The position numbers and the translations under genes are program-made. Below, piece after piece: positions 39,708 to 51,500 of a stretch of DNA of 64,000 bases. Source of the stretch: a virus (taxonomy: Duplodnaviria; Caudoviricetes). The notes under the pieces are model-generated. The model was not told the DNA's origin and searched no databases. It saw nothing but the letters and a program-made list of their open reading frames with translations. The stretch spans positions 5,513 through 69,512 of IMG/VR virus record IMGVR_UViG_3300044580_000119. The stretch is one strand, 5' to 3'. Each line of letters opens with the position of its first letter. Within the stretch, counting starts at the first letter, position 1.

Positions 39708-39941
39708 ATGACAATGAATAAATTATCCCGTGATATTAACAAATTATTTAAGAAATGGGCAGTCAAAACCGCAGAACATCATACCATTAAATTCAATAAT
39801 GAATTGGAGGAAATTGAATTTTGTTATGATATTTACTGGCTTGTCAATCATTACTATACATTGGGTATCAAAACAGAAAGAAAAGCAAAAAGAAAAACAG
39901 TATTAAAAAATTTATTTAAAAGGAACAAAAAGCATAGTTAA
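39708..39941 (+). CDS. Hypothetical protein
   Basis: RBS and orientation. Confidence 0.5.
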   Translation: MTMNKLSRDINKLFKKWAVKTAEHHTIKFNNELEEIEFCYDIYWLVNHYYTLGIKTERKAKRKTVLKNLFKRNKKHS

Positions 39942-40015
39942 ATGCTTACAAATTAACAAGTTATTTTTTTAAAAAACTATCGAGTATAAAGTAATTTAAA
40001 TAAAGGATTTAAAAA

Positions 40016-40357
40016 ATGGATAATAATGTTGCAAATGAAAATAGTAGAACAAGTGAGAATATTCTCGGCATATTGAAACAGCCCGAATTGACTTGTCCAG
40101 ACATAGACAGAATAATTAAAGCAATTGAAGAAGCCTATTATATTGCTGATATAAAGGAAGATGAATGCCGTGATTCAGGGAATGATTGCGGGCACGAAGA
40201 CTCTTTCGGCGATATACGATTCACATTAGCAGGATTGATTAAGGATTTAGAAAGATTGAGAGTCGCTAATTACGATTTACGGTCGTGGGGACAAGATTGG
40301 AAAGATGTGGCAAAAAAATTGTTGGACCGCTATGAACCTGATTGGAGGAATGAATAA
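40016..40357 (+). CDS. Hypothetical protein, paralog of 29307-29663
   Basis: TCPDID, CRDSGNDCGH, LRSWG..WK. Confidence 0.7.
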   Translation: MDNNVANENSRTSENILGILKQPELTCPDIDRIIKAIEEAYYIADIKEDECRDSGNDCGHEDSFGDIRFTLAGLIKDLERLRVANYDLRSWGQDWKDVAKKLLDRYEPDWRNE

Positions 40358-40632
40358 TGGAAAATAACCCAAAAGTTGATTTATGGCAATATGCACAAAA
40401 AAAGAAACCTGATTACCCTTGTGTATTTGCTACTCGATGGACAACTCAAAACGGTGAATATGATTATCACATATACCGCTTTGAAATAATGGAGGATGAT
40501 GCATATACTTATATGGGGTGGTTGGATGAAGACGGCGTAGAATGTGATGATTATGATGCTTGCGAATTTGAAGAATACTTAATTTTAAGTGTAAATAATT
40601 ATAAAAATAAAGGAACAGAAAATGAAATATGA
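40357..40632 (+). CDS. Hypothetical acidic protein
   Basis: TAATG coupling, GGAGG RBS. Confidence 0.6.
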   Translation: MENNPKVDLWQYAQKKKPDYPCVFATRWTTQNGEYDYHIYRFEIMEDDAYTYMGWLDEDGVECDDYDACEFEEYLILSVNNYKNKGTENEI

Positions 40633-40816
40633 TTATATTGATGAATTAGAACAAGAGAATTATGAACTCTCTATTGAACTGCTGAAATATGCATTTAAAC
40701 ATCAAGCAGAAGAGTTTGAGAAAGAAAAAACGGAACATCAGATGAAAATCTTCTCTTACTGTGCAATAGTTAGTTTAATAGCAATTATTTGTATATTTAT
40801 TATAGGAGCAATGTAA
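40622..40816 (+). CDS. Small protein with C-terminal TM helix
   Basis: IFSYCAIVSLIAIICIFIIG. Confidence 0.6.
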   Translation: MKYDYIDELEQENYELSIELLKYAFKHQAEEFEKEKTEHQMKIFSYCAIVSLIAIICIFIIGAM

Positions 40817-41019
40817 TGGATTACCAAAAAAATTTAAAAAATGAATGGCTTGAATATGCTAATCAATCAAGGCAATTGCATTATCAAATTATCAATACCA
40901 CTAAAAAAGATAATTATTCGGGATGGTATAAGTTTCCAAGAGTCAGGTGGAATGATACTTATTTTGGTTATTATTTAATTGAAGAACCGAACGAGCAAAT
41001 TATGTATATTACTCAATAA
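40816..41019 (+). CDS. Hypothetical protein
   Basis: TAATG coupling, AGGAG RBS. Confidence 0.5.
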   Translation: MDYQKNLKNEWLEYANQSRQLHYQIINTTKKDNYSGWYKFPRVRWNDTYFGYYLIEEPNEQIMYITQ

Positions 41020-41089
41020 ATAAGGCGGATTGGTCAGTCTTATTGGAAAAGATTAAAAATAAGTCTGAAAAATCTGACTTAAAAATAAT

Positions 41090-41116
41090 ACAATAAAATA
41101 ATTATTCATTCGTTTA
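41090..41116 (+). promoter_or_regulatory. ACAATA-N15-CGTTTA promoter-like motif with no downstream ORF
   Basis: ACAATA at 41090-41095, CGTTTA at 41111-41116. Confidence 0.65.
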
Positions 41117-41119
41117 TAA

Positions 41120-41208
41120 GAACGAGAGATGAGATAACCTCTATAATTAAACTTCTCAATGAAAAAACCTTCTTTATCCCACTAATTCAAAATAGTGGGA
41201 TTTTTATT
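41120..41208 (+). ncRNA. Candidate small RNA (~85-90 nt)
   Basis: Bounded by the promoter-like motif and an intrinsic terminator; inference only. Confidence 0.35.
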
Positions 41209-41210
41209 TT
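41176..41210 (+). terminator. Rho-independent terminator
   Basis: ATCCCACTA-N8-TAGTGGGAT followed by a T run. Confidence 0.8.
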
Positions 41211-41217
41211 AGAAAAA

Positions 41218-41327
41218 TACCCTTCTACTTTTAACGTAGTAAAGAGTTTATATGCTTGTCTATATATTTATATCAAAATGATATTAAAATTGAATGTAGG
41301 GCATTATAGCCCCTTTAAAATTGATTT
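41218..41327 (-). repeat. Conserved ~103-110 bp intergenic element, copy 2 (inverted)
   Basis: Reverse complement shares three blocks and the same overall span as 19107-19216. Confidence 0.8.
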
Positions 41328-42027
41328 ATGAAAAATCTACATATTTATCCAGTCCTGACTCTAATATTTTAGAATAATTTTTATACATTTCTGCTACGAG
41401 TTGCCAATTGAGATGAAATTCTGGTTCGCTATATTTAATTCTACATTCTTCGCATATTGGGAAGGTCATATCTAATGTATGAATTATATGTTGTGGTATC
41501 CCAAATGCTGGAGTTCCACAAATCACGCAATCGTTATATTCAAAAAATAATTTATTTTGTAATTCAAATTGGGGTGGGGAGAAACTATAGATTAAATTTC
41601 CTAATTTAGTTACGGTATCGGGTAGTTCCCAAGGGGATAGTTCTTTTAAGAATTTTTTTGTTTTATTTAAAAAGTCATTAATGCTTGTAGGTGTATCTGT
41701 ATATATTCTATCGTCGGTAGCAGTTGTGGATATACTTTTATACATTCGATTAATAAATACAGGGAATGTATAATTGCTCATTTTATATTGTTCTACTGCG
41801 TAATCTATATTGAAATTTATAGATTTTAAATATACATTGAATTGACTTAAAAGCCCAGAGTTTATTTTTAATTGTTCTGCTAAGTCCCGTATATTAAGCG
41901 TATGGATACGGTCTGTTTTCTGTTTTAAAAGATTAGCTGTAATGTCTACATATTCAACTGAATTAGGACTAAATTTTGTTGCTAATTCTAATAATTTTTT
42001 TGTTGTTGTTGTTGGTGAAAAACCCAT
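41326..42027 (-). CDS. Hypothetical protein with C-terminal zinc finger
   Basis: CVICG...H...PICEEC. Confidence 0.65.
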   Translation of the reverse strand: MGFSPTTTTKKLLELATKFSPNSVEYVDITANLLKQKTDRIHTLNIRDLAEQLKINSGLLSQFNVYLKSINFNIDYAVEQYKMSNYTFPVFINRMYKSISTTATDDRIYTDTPTSINDFLNKTKKFLKELSPWELPDTVTKLGNLIYSFSPPQFELQNKLFFEYNDCVICGTPAFGIPQHIIHTLDMTFPICEECRIKYSEPEFHLNWQLVAEMYKNYSKILESGLDKYVDFS

Positions 42028-42054
42028 ATATAACCTGTTATTTAAATTGTATTA

Positions 42055-42558
42055 TTATCTTAACCATATTGCATCTACCACTATGCCTACTAATACTCCA
42101 CCTAATCCACCATATATATATGGCATTATACTTTTATTCTCTATTTTAAGAGTATCATATTGCCAATAAGGTTTGGATATTATTAATGTATCTATTGTGT
42201 GTATAAATCGTTCCTTTGGTGGTATATATATCATATTAATACTGTCCTCAGGGAAATAATAATCTAAATGAAGATGAGCATCTGATAAACTTGTATCAAT
42301 AGTTTTAGTAAAGGACGAATCTATATATATCGGCACTATACTGTCCCTGTATATAGTTTTTAATTTATTAATTATTACTGTATCGGTTTTGTGTTCTATA
42401 TATGTAGTATCAGAGTGCGATGTTAGTGGCTGGATTACAATTGGTTCATTTTGAAATTTATCAATTAATTGAATACTAAAATATAGTATTGCTGTAATGA
42501 ATGCTAATATAATAATAATGATAATGCCAGCTCCAATTATATCGGATTTAATGTTCAT
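42055..42558 (-). CDS. Putative spanin-like membrane protein
   Basis: N-terminal TM, DT-rich extended middle, C-terminal hydrophobic GGLGGVLVGIVV. Confidence 0.5.
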   Translation of the reverse strand: MNIKSDIIGAGIIIIIILAFITAILYFSIQLIDKFQNEPIVIQPLTSHSDTTYIEHKTDTVIINKLKTIYRDSIVPIYIDSSFTKTIDTSLSDAHLHLDYYFPEDSINMIYIPPKERFIHTIDTLIISKPYWQYDTLKIENKSIMPYIYGGLGGVLVGIVVDAIWLR

Positions 42559-45500
42559 CTATTTTTGTGCTTTCTTTTTATTTTCTATATATAAGTCTAA
42601 AAATCTTTTTATTTGTTCTTCTTCTGGATAGTCTTCGATACTTCGCCCTTTGTATTTGTCATCAGCATATATAGATTTTACTCTATCAGATTGTCGTAAT
42701 ACATTGTGTAAAATATCATTGGTCATATCTGCTCTCTGCAAACTGCTAACATAACGTGCGGCCGCTTGTTCTAAGGCATTTAAATTACGTTCGGCTTCTG
42801 TATTTCTGCCGTAATAACGATCCACTTGGGGATCAAATTGTATAATTAAATTTCTAATATTTTCATCTTGTAATAAATCGTCGATATAATCTTTCCCTAC
42901 TTTAAGCATTTCTTTATATTTTTTTGTTTTTCGTGGCTTACCTAAACCATAATAATTGCGGTATATTTCATCAATTTTATCTTTCTGTGATTGGTCTAAT
43001 CGATTAATTGCATCTGTTAAATTGTCCTTTTCATTTCTCTTTAAATTTAATGTTTCAAATTTGGTAATATCTTCTATGCGGTCAGTAGGTGTCATATTTG
43101 ATTTGTTATATATCTCTAACCCTGTATGAACATCTAAATTAGATTCACCAAATATCATTAATTTGATAGCTTCTAATGTTGAAACATCACGTAATGGCAT
43201 CCCATTTCTATCAGTCAAAATTCCACTTGTTAATGCGTTATAACCGTGCGCTAAGTTGTATATTTGTGGCAATCTCTTACGAAATGTGCTTCTAATAAAA
43301 TCTTCTTTAGATTGTGTCTTTGCATTACGAATCATATCACGTGTAATATCCACAATAAATGCGTCAAGTAAACCACTCATATCACCTAGCTGACGAAATC
43401 TAATATCTGTAAATGTTCCCAATACTCCATCATATAATGCACTGTAAAACTTTCGAGCGTTCTTTTCTGATGCTCCTAAATTCATTAGATATTGAACTGC
43501 TTGTTCTTCCATCCAGACATCGATTTTGAAGTTCTTGTCCTGATTGGACATTTGAACTAAATCTTCTATTAACATTTTTGCATCTTCCGTGCCTGGCATA
43601 TTGCTATATCCTACAAGCAAAGTGCTGGCAATTGCAAATGCCCCAAGTCCAGCTACCGCCATTTTCTTTTGTTGACTTGCACCTGCTCTAATAGTCAAAT
43701 CAGCTATATAATTGCCTATATAATATAATTGATTAATGAATGGCGATTTCATTGTAATAAACCATTTACCTAATGGCACGTGGTCTATCAACCAACGTTC
43801 AATACCCGAGCGCCATTCTTTTTCGTAAATACCTTGTGTCATAAATGAAACATCTAAGCCTCTAGCTAATACTTCATCTATCGCAGCTTCTTCTGTTATC
43901 TTTCCATTGGCGATTAAGTCTTTATATGTAGGAGCGTCTAATGCGGTTTGCATCATAAGGGAGGGGTATCTATTCATAAACTCTGTATGTTTCATAGGAC
44001 TGTATCCTATATCTACAATCTTGCGTAAAGATTTACCAAATTGCGATGTTACACCCTCCACTATAACGGATTGTATAACATTGCGGTCGAATATTGCGTG
44101 ATGTATATCATTTAAAAATGGATCGCTATAAGGCGAAGCGTTAGCAAAATATTCTTTGAATAGTTCCATTTGCGATAATGCTTCAGCTTGTGCATATGTT
44201 TTTGCTACGGTTGTGCCCTTAGCTTGGTCATACATCTTATTTAGTGCTGCTAATTGGCTCATTAAATATGTTGAATTAGTAATGGCGCCATTCAATCTAT
44301 TTTTGGTAGCTAATACAGCATTTGTAAAATACAAAGCACCTACACCAAGTTGTTCTGCCGCTCGCCCCATTACTCCAATTTTAGAGTTATTAAACGCATC
44401 TACGTTTTGCTTTACTGTCGATACATTAATATTCAACATCCTATCGTGCAAATCCTGCACCAATCTTGGGTATCGCCCTGATATGCCCATATCGTTCAAT
44501 GTCATTAACTCGTCTAATAGTATATTGCGAAAACGAGTTTTTAATTCCGATTTCTGCAAACTTTCTTTATTCTTATTCATTGCGTCAAAATAGTATGAAT
44601 CTTTATTGACTTTTTTACCTGTATATCGTAATAAGTCGTCAGGATGATACCCAAAAGAATTATGTGTTGTTAATTGGAATAGTGAGGGATTTTCTAATTT
44701 AGTAAGCATTCGGCGTAATACTTTTTCTAATTCTGCCTCAGCTTGACTATGTGATAATGAGTTCAGCATATCATCTACATCATCAAAGTATTCCATAGCT
44801 GATGAATCCAACATTCCTTCGTCAGCTAAACCTTCTAAATATGTTTTATATTCGCTTATTTTTCCTACAATTTTCGCTTTGTTAGCGTTTAAATTTTCAG
44901 CAATATTAGAGGTTTTTAAAATTGACGCAACTATTTCTTTAGCTTCTGTTAGTGCAAGATTAGTTTTAAATTCATATTTAAATGTTTGGACTTTATATAG
45001 CTTCCCCGCTTCATCTACAAAAATATTCGCAGGATATTTTAGGTCTTTGGAAGGGAGTTTTAAATGGCGACCTCCTATATCGATACCATATTGCATAAAA
45101 TTATTAACTTTCTTTTCGCTATCGTAGTATAGCATATAATCGAATTGTTCCGTTTGTTTATATGTGGGTATTCTCTCAAAGTTTTTATTTACTTCATAGA
45201 TAGATAGTCCATAAGGAGCCTTATATTTCATATCCCAATCACGGGTGCTATGCTGTATTAATATAGAATGGTCTTTGAATTTGATAGCTTTATCTAACAA
45301 ATCAACATATTCTTCGTATTGTGCAATTAATGCTTCATTTTGTTTTATTTGGTCACGGAACCCTTTTGCTGCTACATTATCTTCCTCAAGATTTTTTAAT
45401 TGGAAAGTGAGTAGTTCGTTCGTTTGTTCTCTATTATTAATTAATTTTTCATATCTTTCTTTGATTGCAGGTAAATCTGCCACTGTATGTCTATTGACAT

Positions 45501-48500
45501 CAATAATATTAGAGGGTATATTGTTAAGTGTAGCATAATCAGTTAACCATTGCTCAGCATCTATTTTGTTTTTATATAAATCAATTACTTGCTGTTGGAA
45601 CTTTTTACTTTCTGATAATAATTTAGATAAATCAGGTGCTTCCTGTTTGAATACTTTATGTGCATATTCGATTATTAAATCGTCTTTTAAATAATCTCCT
45701 TTAAGATTATTAGTTCGTATATTTTGTCTTTCTAAATCCCTGTTTTTTTTAGGATATTCATCAGCAGCACGCCACGCATCTTCTAAATCTCTGAATACCC
45801 GATCGCCAATTTCACCTATATAGTATGCCATACTATTAGGTGCTTTAATTCCCATTTCTTTTATTTCTTTATCAGCACCTTTTAATTTCTTAATAAAAGG
45901 ATTAAAAATTTCTTTTTTCCATTCTTGGTCTTTTCTAGATACTGGCATAATACCATCTTTAATCATCAACCTTCGCAAACGTGTTACAGCGTCTCCTACT
46001 AATTGCACTATGGGAGCACCCCATAATTGTTTCGTTTCATTTTGTCTTAAATACATTACTGCATTTGCAGTAGCTTCGGATAATTTACTTGGATTAGTTT
46101 CTTTAATTCTATCAAGATAACCAACCACTGCGATATAATTATAATATGGTTTCTTAGGTCTTTCATTATATAAAGCTTGTAATTCGGGATAATCTTGCAT
46201 ACGTGCCAATATATCTTCTTTTGCCATAGGGATATTTATATCTTTTCTTGCAAATTCAGTTGAATAGGCATCGGGCAACCCCCGATTTTTATATAAATTT
46301 CCCATTGCCTTTTCATCATATTGGTCAAATGCTCTTTTAAATAAATTATGAATAGCACCTGGTAATTTTTCTAGTCCTGGAATTAGGGACATATACAATG
46401 TGTTCTCATCAGAATTAATTGATAAATCATTTTGCAAAGGTTTGAATGTAACCGTTCCATTTTCTAAATGTTGATATTTACCTAAATGATTTAATTTAAT
46501 AAAGTCCTGTGCTTCCTGGTCTGATAATCCAAGTAAAGTTAAAGCATTATGTAAATTATCTTCACCACCCCAATCTAATGTTAAATATCCACGTTCTGTA
46601 CCCTCGCTAATTTTAGTTAAATAAACAGGAGAATTTTTATCATTATCAATTAAATTGGATATTTTATTTATAATTTTTTGATTATATTTAAATTCTTTTG
46701 ATTGTTTAACTGTGCCATCTATATCTTTCAATCCTGCTTGTAAAGTTTGTCGTGTAAGTATATCATTTTCTAATTGTTTGTTAGTTGCAGTACGTTTCTT
46801 TTGTTGTTTTGGTGGAGGTGTTTCAATAGTTTCAGGTGGAGTTATTTTAGGCATATCTTGTATTGTGATCTTTCCATCGGGGGTATATCTAGCTACTATA
46901 TTTATATTATCATATTTATACAAAACTCCTTTTATCGGACCATCTTCAAATGGGATAATATCATTTAATATTGCAGTAGGATAATTTGTTTTAATTTGTT
47001 CGTGTGTATTAAATATAGTATGTTCATTAGGTGTCAGTTTGATATTAATATTTCTATCTTTGAGAAACTTAACAACATCAGCAACAGTTTTTGCCTCGTT
47101 GAATGCTTTGGCGTAAGTTTTAGGTGTTATATATTCTGTAATGTTTTTTGTATAATCAGATAAATTAGATGCATCAACTTTATTTTCATATAAGAATTTA
47201 TTACGAGCAACTTTATTCGATATATTTTTTGTTTGTTTAGCAACATATTCATCCTGTAACTTTGCGAATTGAGTATGTCCTGATTTATTTACAGAACCTG
47301 TAGCTTCAATATTTTTTGCATCTTGTTCTACTTGTTTAGTTATCTTTTCTGTTGTGCGTTGTTCTAATATTTTAGTAGGCGATGGTATAGATTTCTTTTT
47401 TAATTCCTTTTGTGGTTTTTCTTTATTTTTAACAACTGATTTAGTAGTTGGTTGCTCTGCAGACGTCGCCGCTACCTTTACAGTTTGCTTTGTTTGTGTT
47501 GTAGGTTCCTCTTTTACTTTTGCAGGTTCAGGTTTAATAGGTTCTGCCTTTACAGGTTCTGCCTTTACAGGTTCTTCACCTTTAATAACAGGTTGCTCTG
47601 GTGTTTCTTTAACAGGTGTAACGATTTTTTGATTTTTAATTTGTTGCAAATCGGGATATTCTTTTAAAACTACGTCGGGAACTTTCTCACCTTCTTCAAG
47701 AGCATATTTGACATATTTTTTATGTTCATCTTCGGGGTTAAAATAATATTTTCCAATTTTTTCAGGGTTATATGTATAGCTTTCTACATATTTTTTTATT
47801 TTTTGATTCATCCAATCTATGATTTCATTTATATTGGATGAGGCAAAACTTTCACGAGGAGTCCAAAATCCATACCCTGGTGGTTGATAAGACACATCGT
47901 ATGTTATTTTTCTCTTTCCTTTCGTTGTTATATCAAAATTAGGCGAGTCTTTGTCTGAAGATGTTGAATAATATGTTTTAATATCTCCTGTTTTAGTGGT
48001 GATGTCTTCTTTGGTAACTTTTAATTCATTGTATCTATCTTCTTTGCGTTGTTTATCATATTTATCAAGATATTCATCAAGTTCTTTACCCGTCATTTCG
48101 TAGATTTCTTTGTTAGGAAGTCCTCTTTTTGCACGTTCTTCTGATGCTTTTCTATATTTAATGTTTTGGTCTATATTATCCCAATATTTAGATAGATGAT
48201 TAAGTTTATAATTGTCAACAAAATATTTTTCAACTGGGCGATTATGTTCATCCAATTCGCCCGTATAAACTTTGTGATAAAGACCAGATAAATCCGTATC
48301 AACTATTTCTTTGACGTCTTCTAAACTTCTGCCTGTTACCTTTTGGAATAATTCATAGGTCTTTTCACGAGTTAGCATTCTGGGATCCTTGAGAACCTTT
48401 TCATATGTTTTGGCGGCTTCTTCACGAAAACGGGGTTTATCTTTTTCAAAAAGGTAATATAAACCTTCATTGTCAATACCATATTCCCACTCTGAGAATA

Positions 48501-51500
48501 TCTTATCTGAATAATTTGCTTCTATATCTTTAAGTGTCTTAATTTTAGATATTAATTTATCAGGTTCTACTACCTCTGGTTCTGCCTTTGCAGTTTCTTC
48601 ACCCTTAATAACAGGTTGCTCGGGTATTGTTTTAATTGGTTCTTCTACTTTTGTAGGTTCAATTGTATTTTTAGCAGGCTTTACTTCTGTTTGTGGGGGT
48701 ATTTCTTCTGTCTTGGTAGTTTCTATTGGCTTTGTAGCTTCCTCTTTAACAGGGGGCATTTCTGTTTGTTCTGGAGGTATTTCCGTTGGTTTAGTTTGTT
48801 CGATTGGAACGTTTTCTGTTTGAGTTGGTTTTGCTGTAATTTCAGGTTCTACTGGACGTGCTGGTGTAATCTCTGTTTGTTCAGGTTGTTGTGTTTCTTT
48901 AATAGGCTCAGCTGTTTCTCCCGCCACTGTTTCTGGTTGAATGGTTTCTTCTGTTGGTGGTATTGCTTCTTTTGGTGCTGTTGCTGTTTCTGTTTTTTCA
49001 GGTTCTGTCTTTGGTGGTTCAATAATTTGCTCGGGCAATTGCTCGGGTTTAGGTTCAGTAATAGTTGGTATTTCTTCACGTGTTGGTTCATATTTTATTT
49101 CATTAGGTATATCACCTGTAATAGTTTGACTATATTTTTTAAATCCAGGCTGTGTCATTTCGCCTTGATGTAGTGTGGGGACTTTAGTCTCGGTATTAAT
49201 ATATATATCTAAATCATTAGGTAGAATGCCTTTCTGTTTTTGTCTTGTTAGATATTCATTTAATATACCTAATTCATTTCTGTACATATCCACAGGCGCT
49301 TCTTTATTGCTTAAACTTGCAGTATGCCCTTGTTTGCCTTCCGAAATATAATGCAAAGTTTTAGCGTCCCCATCATCAGTATATATAATATAACCTTTCT
49401 TTTTACCTTCACCTGTAACTGCTTGAACATTTTGAATGTTCTCAGGATTTATTTTATGAGTTTCAAATACTTTATGAACTGCCCCTTGTAAGCGTTGCGA
49501 TTCTTTATCAGCGAAGAAATTATCAATGTTCGTAATATTCTTAAAATATTCATTTGCTTCTTTAGTATCTTTTGTCTTGGCTAATGTTGCGATAATTTGA
49601 CTTGCACCTTGATCGGGATCAATTAACGTCTTAATTAAATTATTAGCAGTTTGTGGTGAGATATTTTCTTGCTCTGCTACTTGTGGCGCAACTTTCTCTG
49701 CCGCTCTATTGAGCGCTACTTGATCATCATTTTCTATCGCAGTTTTTACTTCTGGTTCTTGCACAATTGTTTTAATAACTCTATCTGCTGTTGCCTGTGC
49801 CTCTGGGCTAATTTTCAATCCTTGTTTTAATTCGTATTCACGTCTGGCTTGTTTGCCATACGCCACATCAAATATAGGAAATACTAAACCTACCATAAAT
49901 GATAAACCTAAATTATGCGCTTCTTCAGGCGTTATAGTAAATTTTTTCTCTTTCGATGTTGTAGGTGCTTGTGCCAAAGGAGCTAAAAAGAACTCTGGTT
50001 TCTGATCTATTTTTCCTGATACGAATGTCCAACCTGCATTGTCAACACCTGATAATAATGATGCTCTGATAAATTTAGGTATTGATAATTTGCCTGTAGC
50101 TTCTATACCTTTTGAAACTGGAATGCCTATTGCAGTGCCTGTAGCTATACCACCAATATTCATTGCTGTATTTATAGCAATACTTTCAGCTGCTTGACCT
50201 GCGGTTAAATCTCCTCTTTGATATTTATTTAATACTGTTAAATTATGTTCTGTACCTATTCCAGTTGCTGTTGATCCAATTGTAATGATACGAGATGGTA
50301 TTTTTCCAAGTTTGAGAGCAGAGGATGCAAGTTTAGCTGCACCTCCCGCAGCTCCACCTAAGCCTATTGCGGGTATAAAACTACCTGCTAATGAACCTAC
50401 TTCATAAGCTAAAGGTTCCTTATATTCAACAGGTAGAGTTTCTACTTTATTTTCTTCGCCTCTCAATAAATTCAATGCCTGTCGTGGGATCTCTGCTAAA
50501 CTCTCACCAAAACCTGCTAATGCACTTTTAATTGGTCCCGCCTGTTCAGCTTCTGTTTGTTTTCTTTTATACATTGTGTATAAAAATTCAGGGTTATTAG
50601 CAATTCGCTTATATACCGGATCGTTATATAATGCCGCCCCTAATTCAGCTGCTGTTGGTCTAGATTGAGACATTATATTTGGCGGGAATTTTTGTTCTAA
50701 ATATTTGCGGTCTTTTTCTGATGCAAAAGATAATACATCATCAAGTTCAACGGCACCCGTAAGGTCATATTTAATAGGAACGATTTTACCTTTTTGATTT
50801 ACTGTTGCAACTGGAAAAGGCATTACCTCTCCATTATATATTCTATATATGTTCTCATCATCTAATATTATACGACCATAACGGGTGGCTATTCCTAAAT
50901 CATATGCATTATCAGGTACTATCTTTTTATCTATTTTGTTTTGCAACCGATTTACAACATCAACGGATAATGGTTGATACATTCCTTTCCAATAATCATA
51001 AATAAATTTTAATTGTCCGTCATCTTTATTATATATATATCGACGCAATTCAGGTAATTCAGTCGCTAAAACATTTTTAGACATATCACCATCGAAATAT
51101 GCTCGCATATAACGTACTGCGTTTTGGTTCTTTATATTAAAGTCATCTGTTTCTTGACGAAGTCGGTCTTGTTGAAATAATGTCTCAGCTATATTTTTTG
51201 ATATATTTGGTTCTATATATTGATACTCATTATAAAATGATATATTATCTATATTTTTGAATTGTTCAACTTGTTTTTTTTCATCAGGGGTTAATTCAAT
51301 AGGTTGTTTCCATACCTCTTGGATTGGCGGTGCCACATCAATAGATGATTTTGGTGCTGTCGGATAAAAGTTTTGTAATACTTTATAATCTAAATTTTTA
51401 AGATCCTCAGGATTTATTTTAAGTAATGGAGTTCCTGCTAATATTGGCTGTTGTGTTTGTTGTTTTGGTGGTGGTGCTGGCTCGTAGGGTGGGCTGTATT

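Noticed and set aside
27641-39766. Minus-strand ORFs within the rightward early operon (for example 36665-37045, 33830-34108)
   Set aside because: They overlap recognisable plus-strand genes and have no motif support
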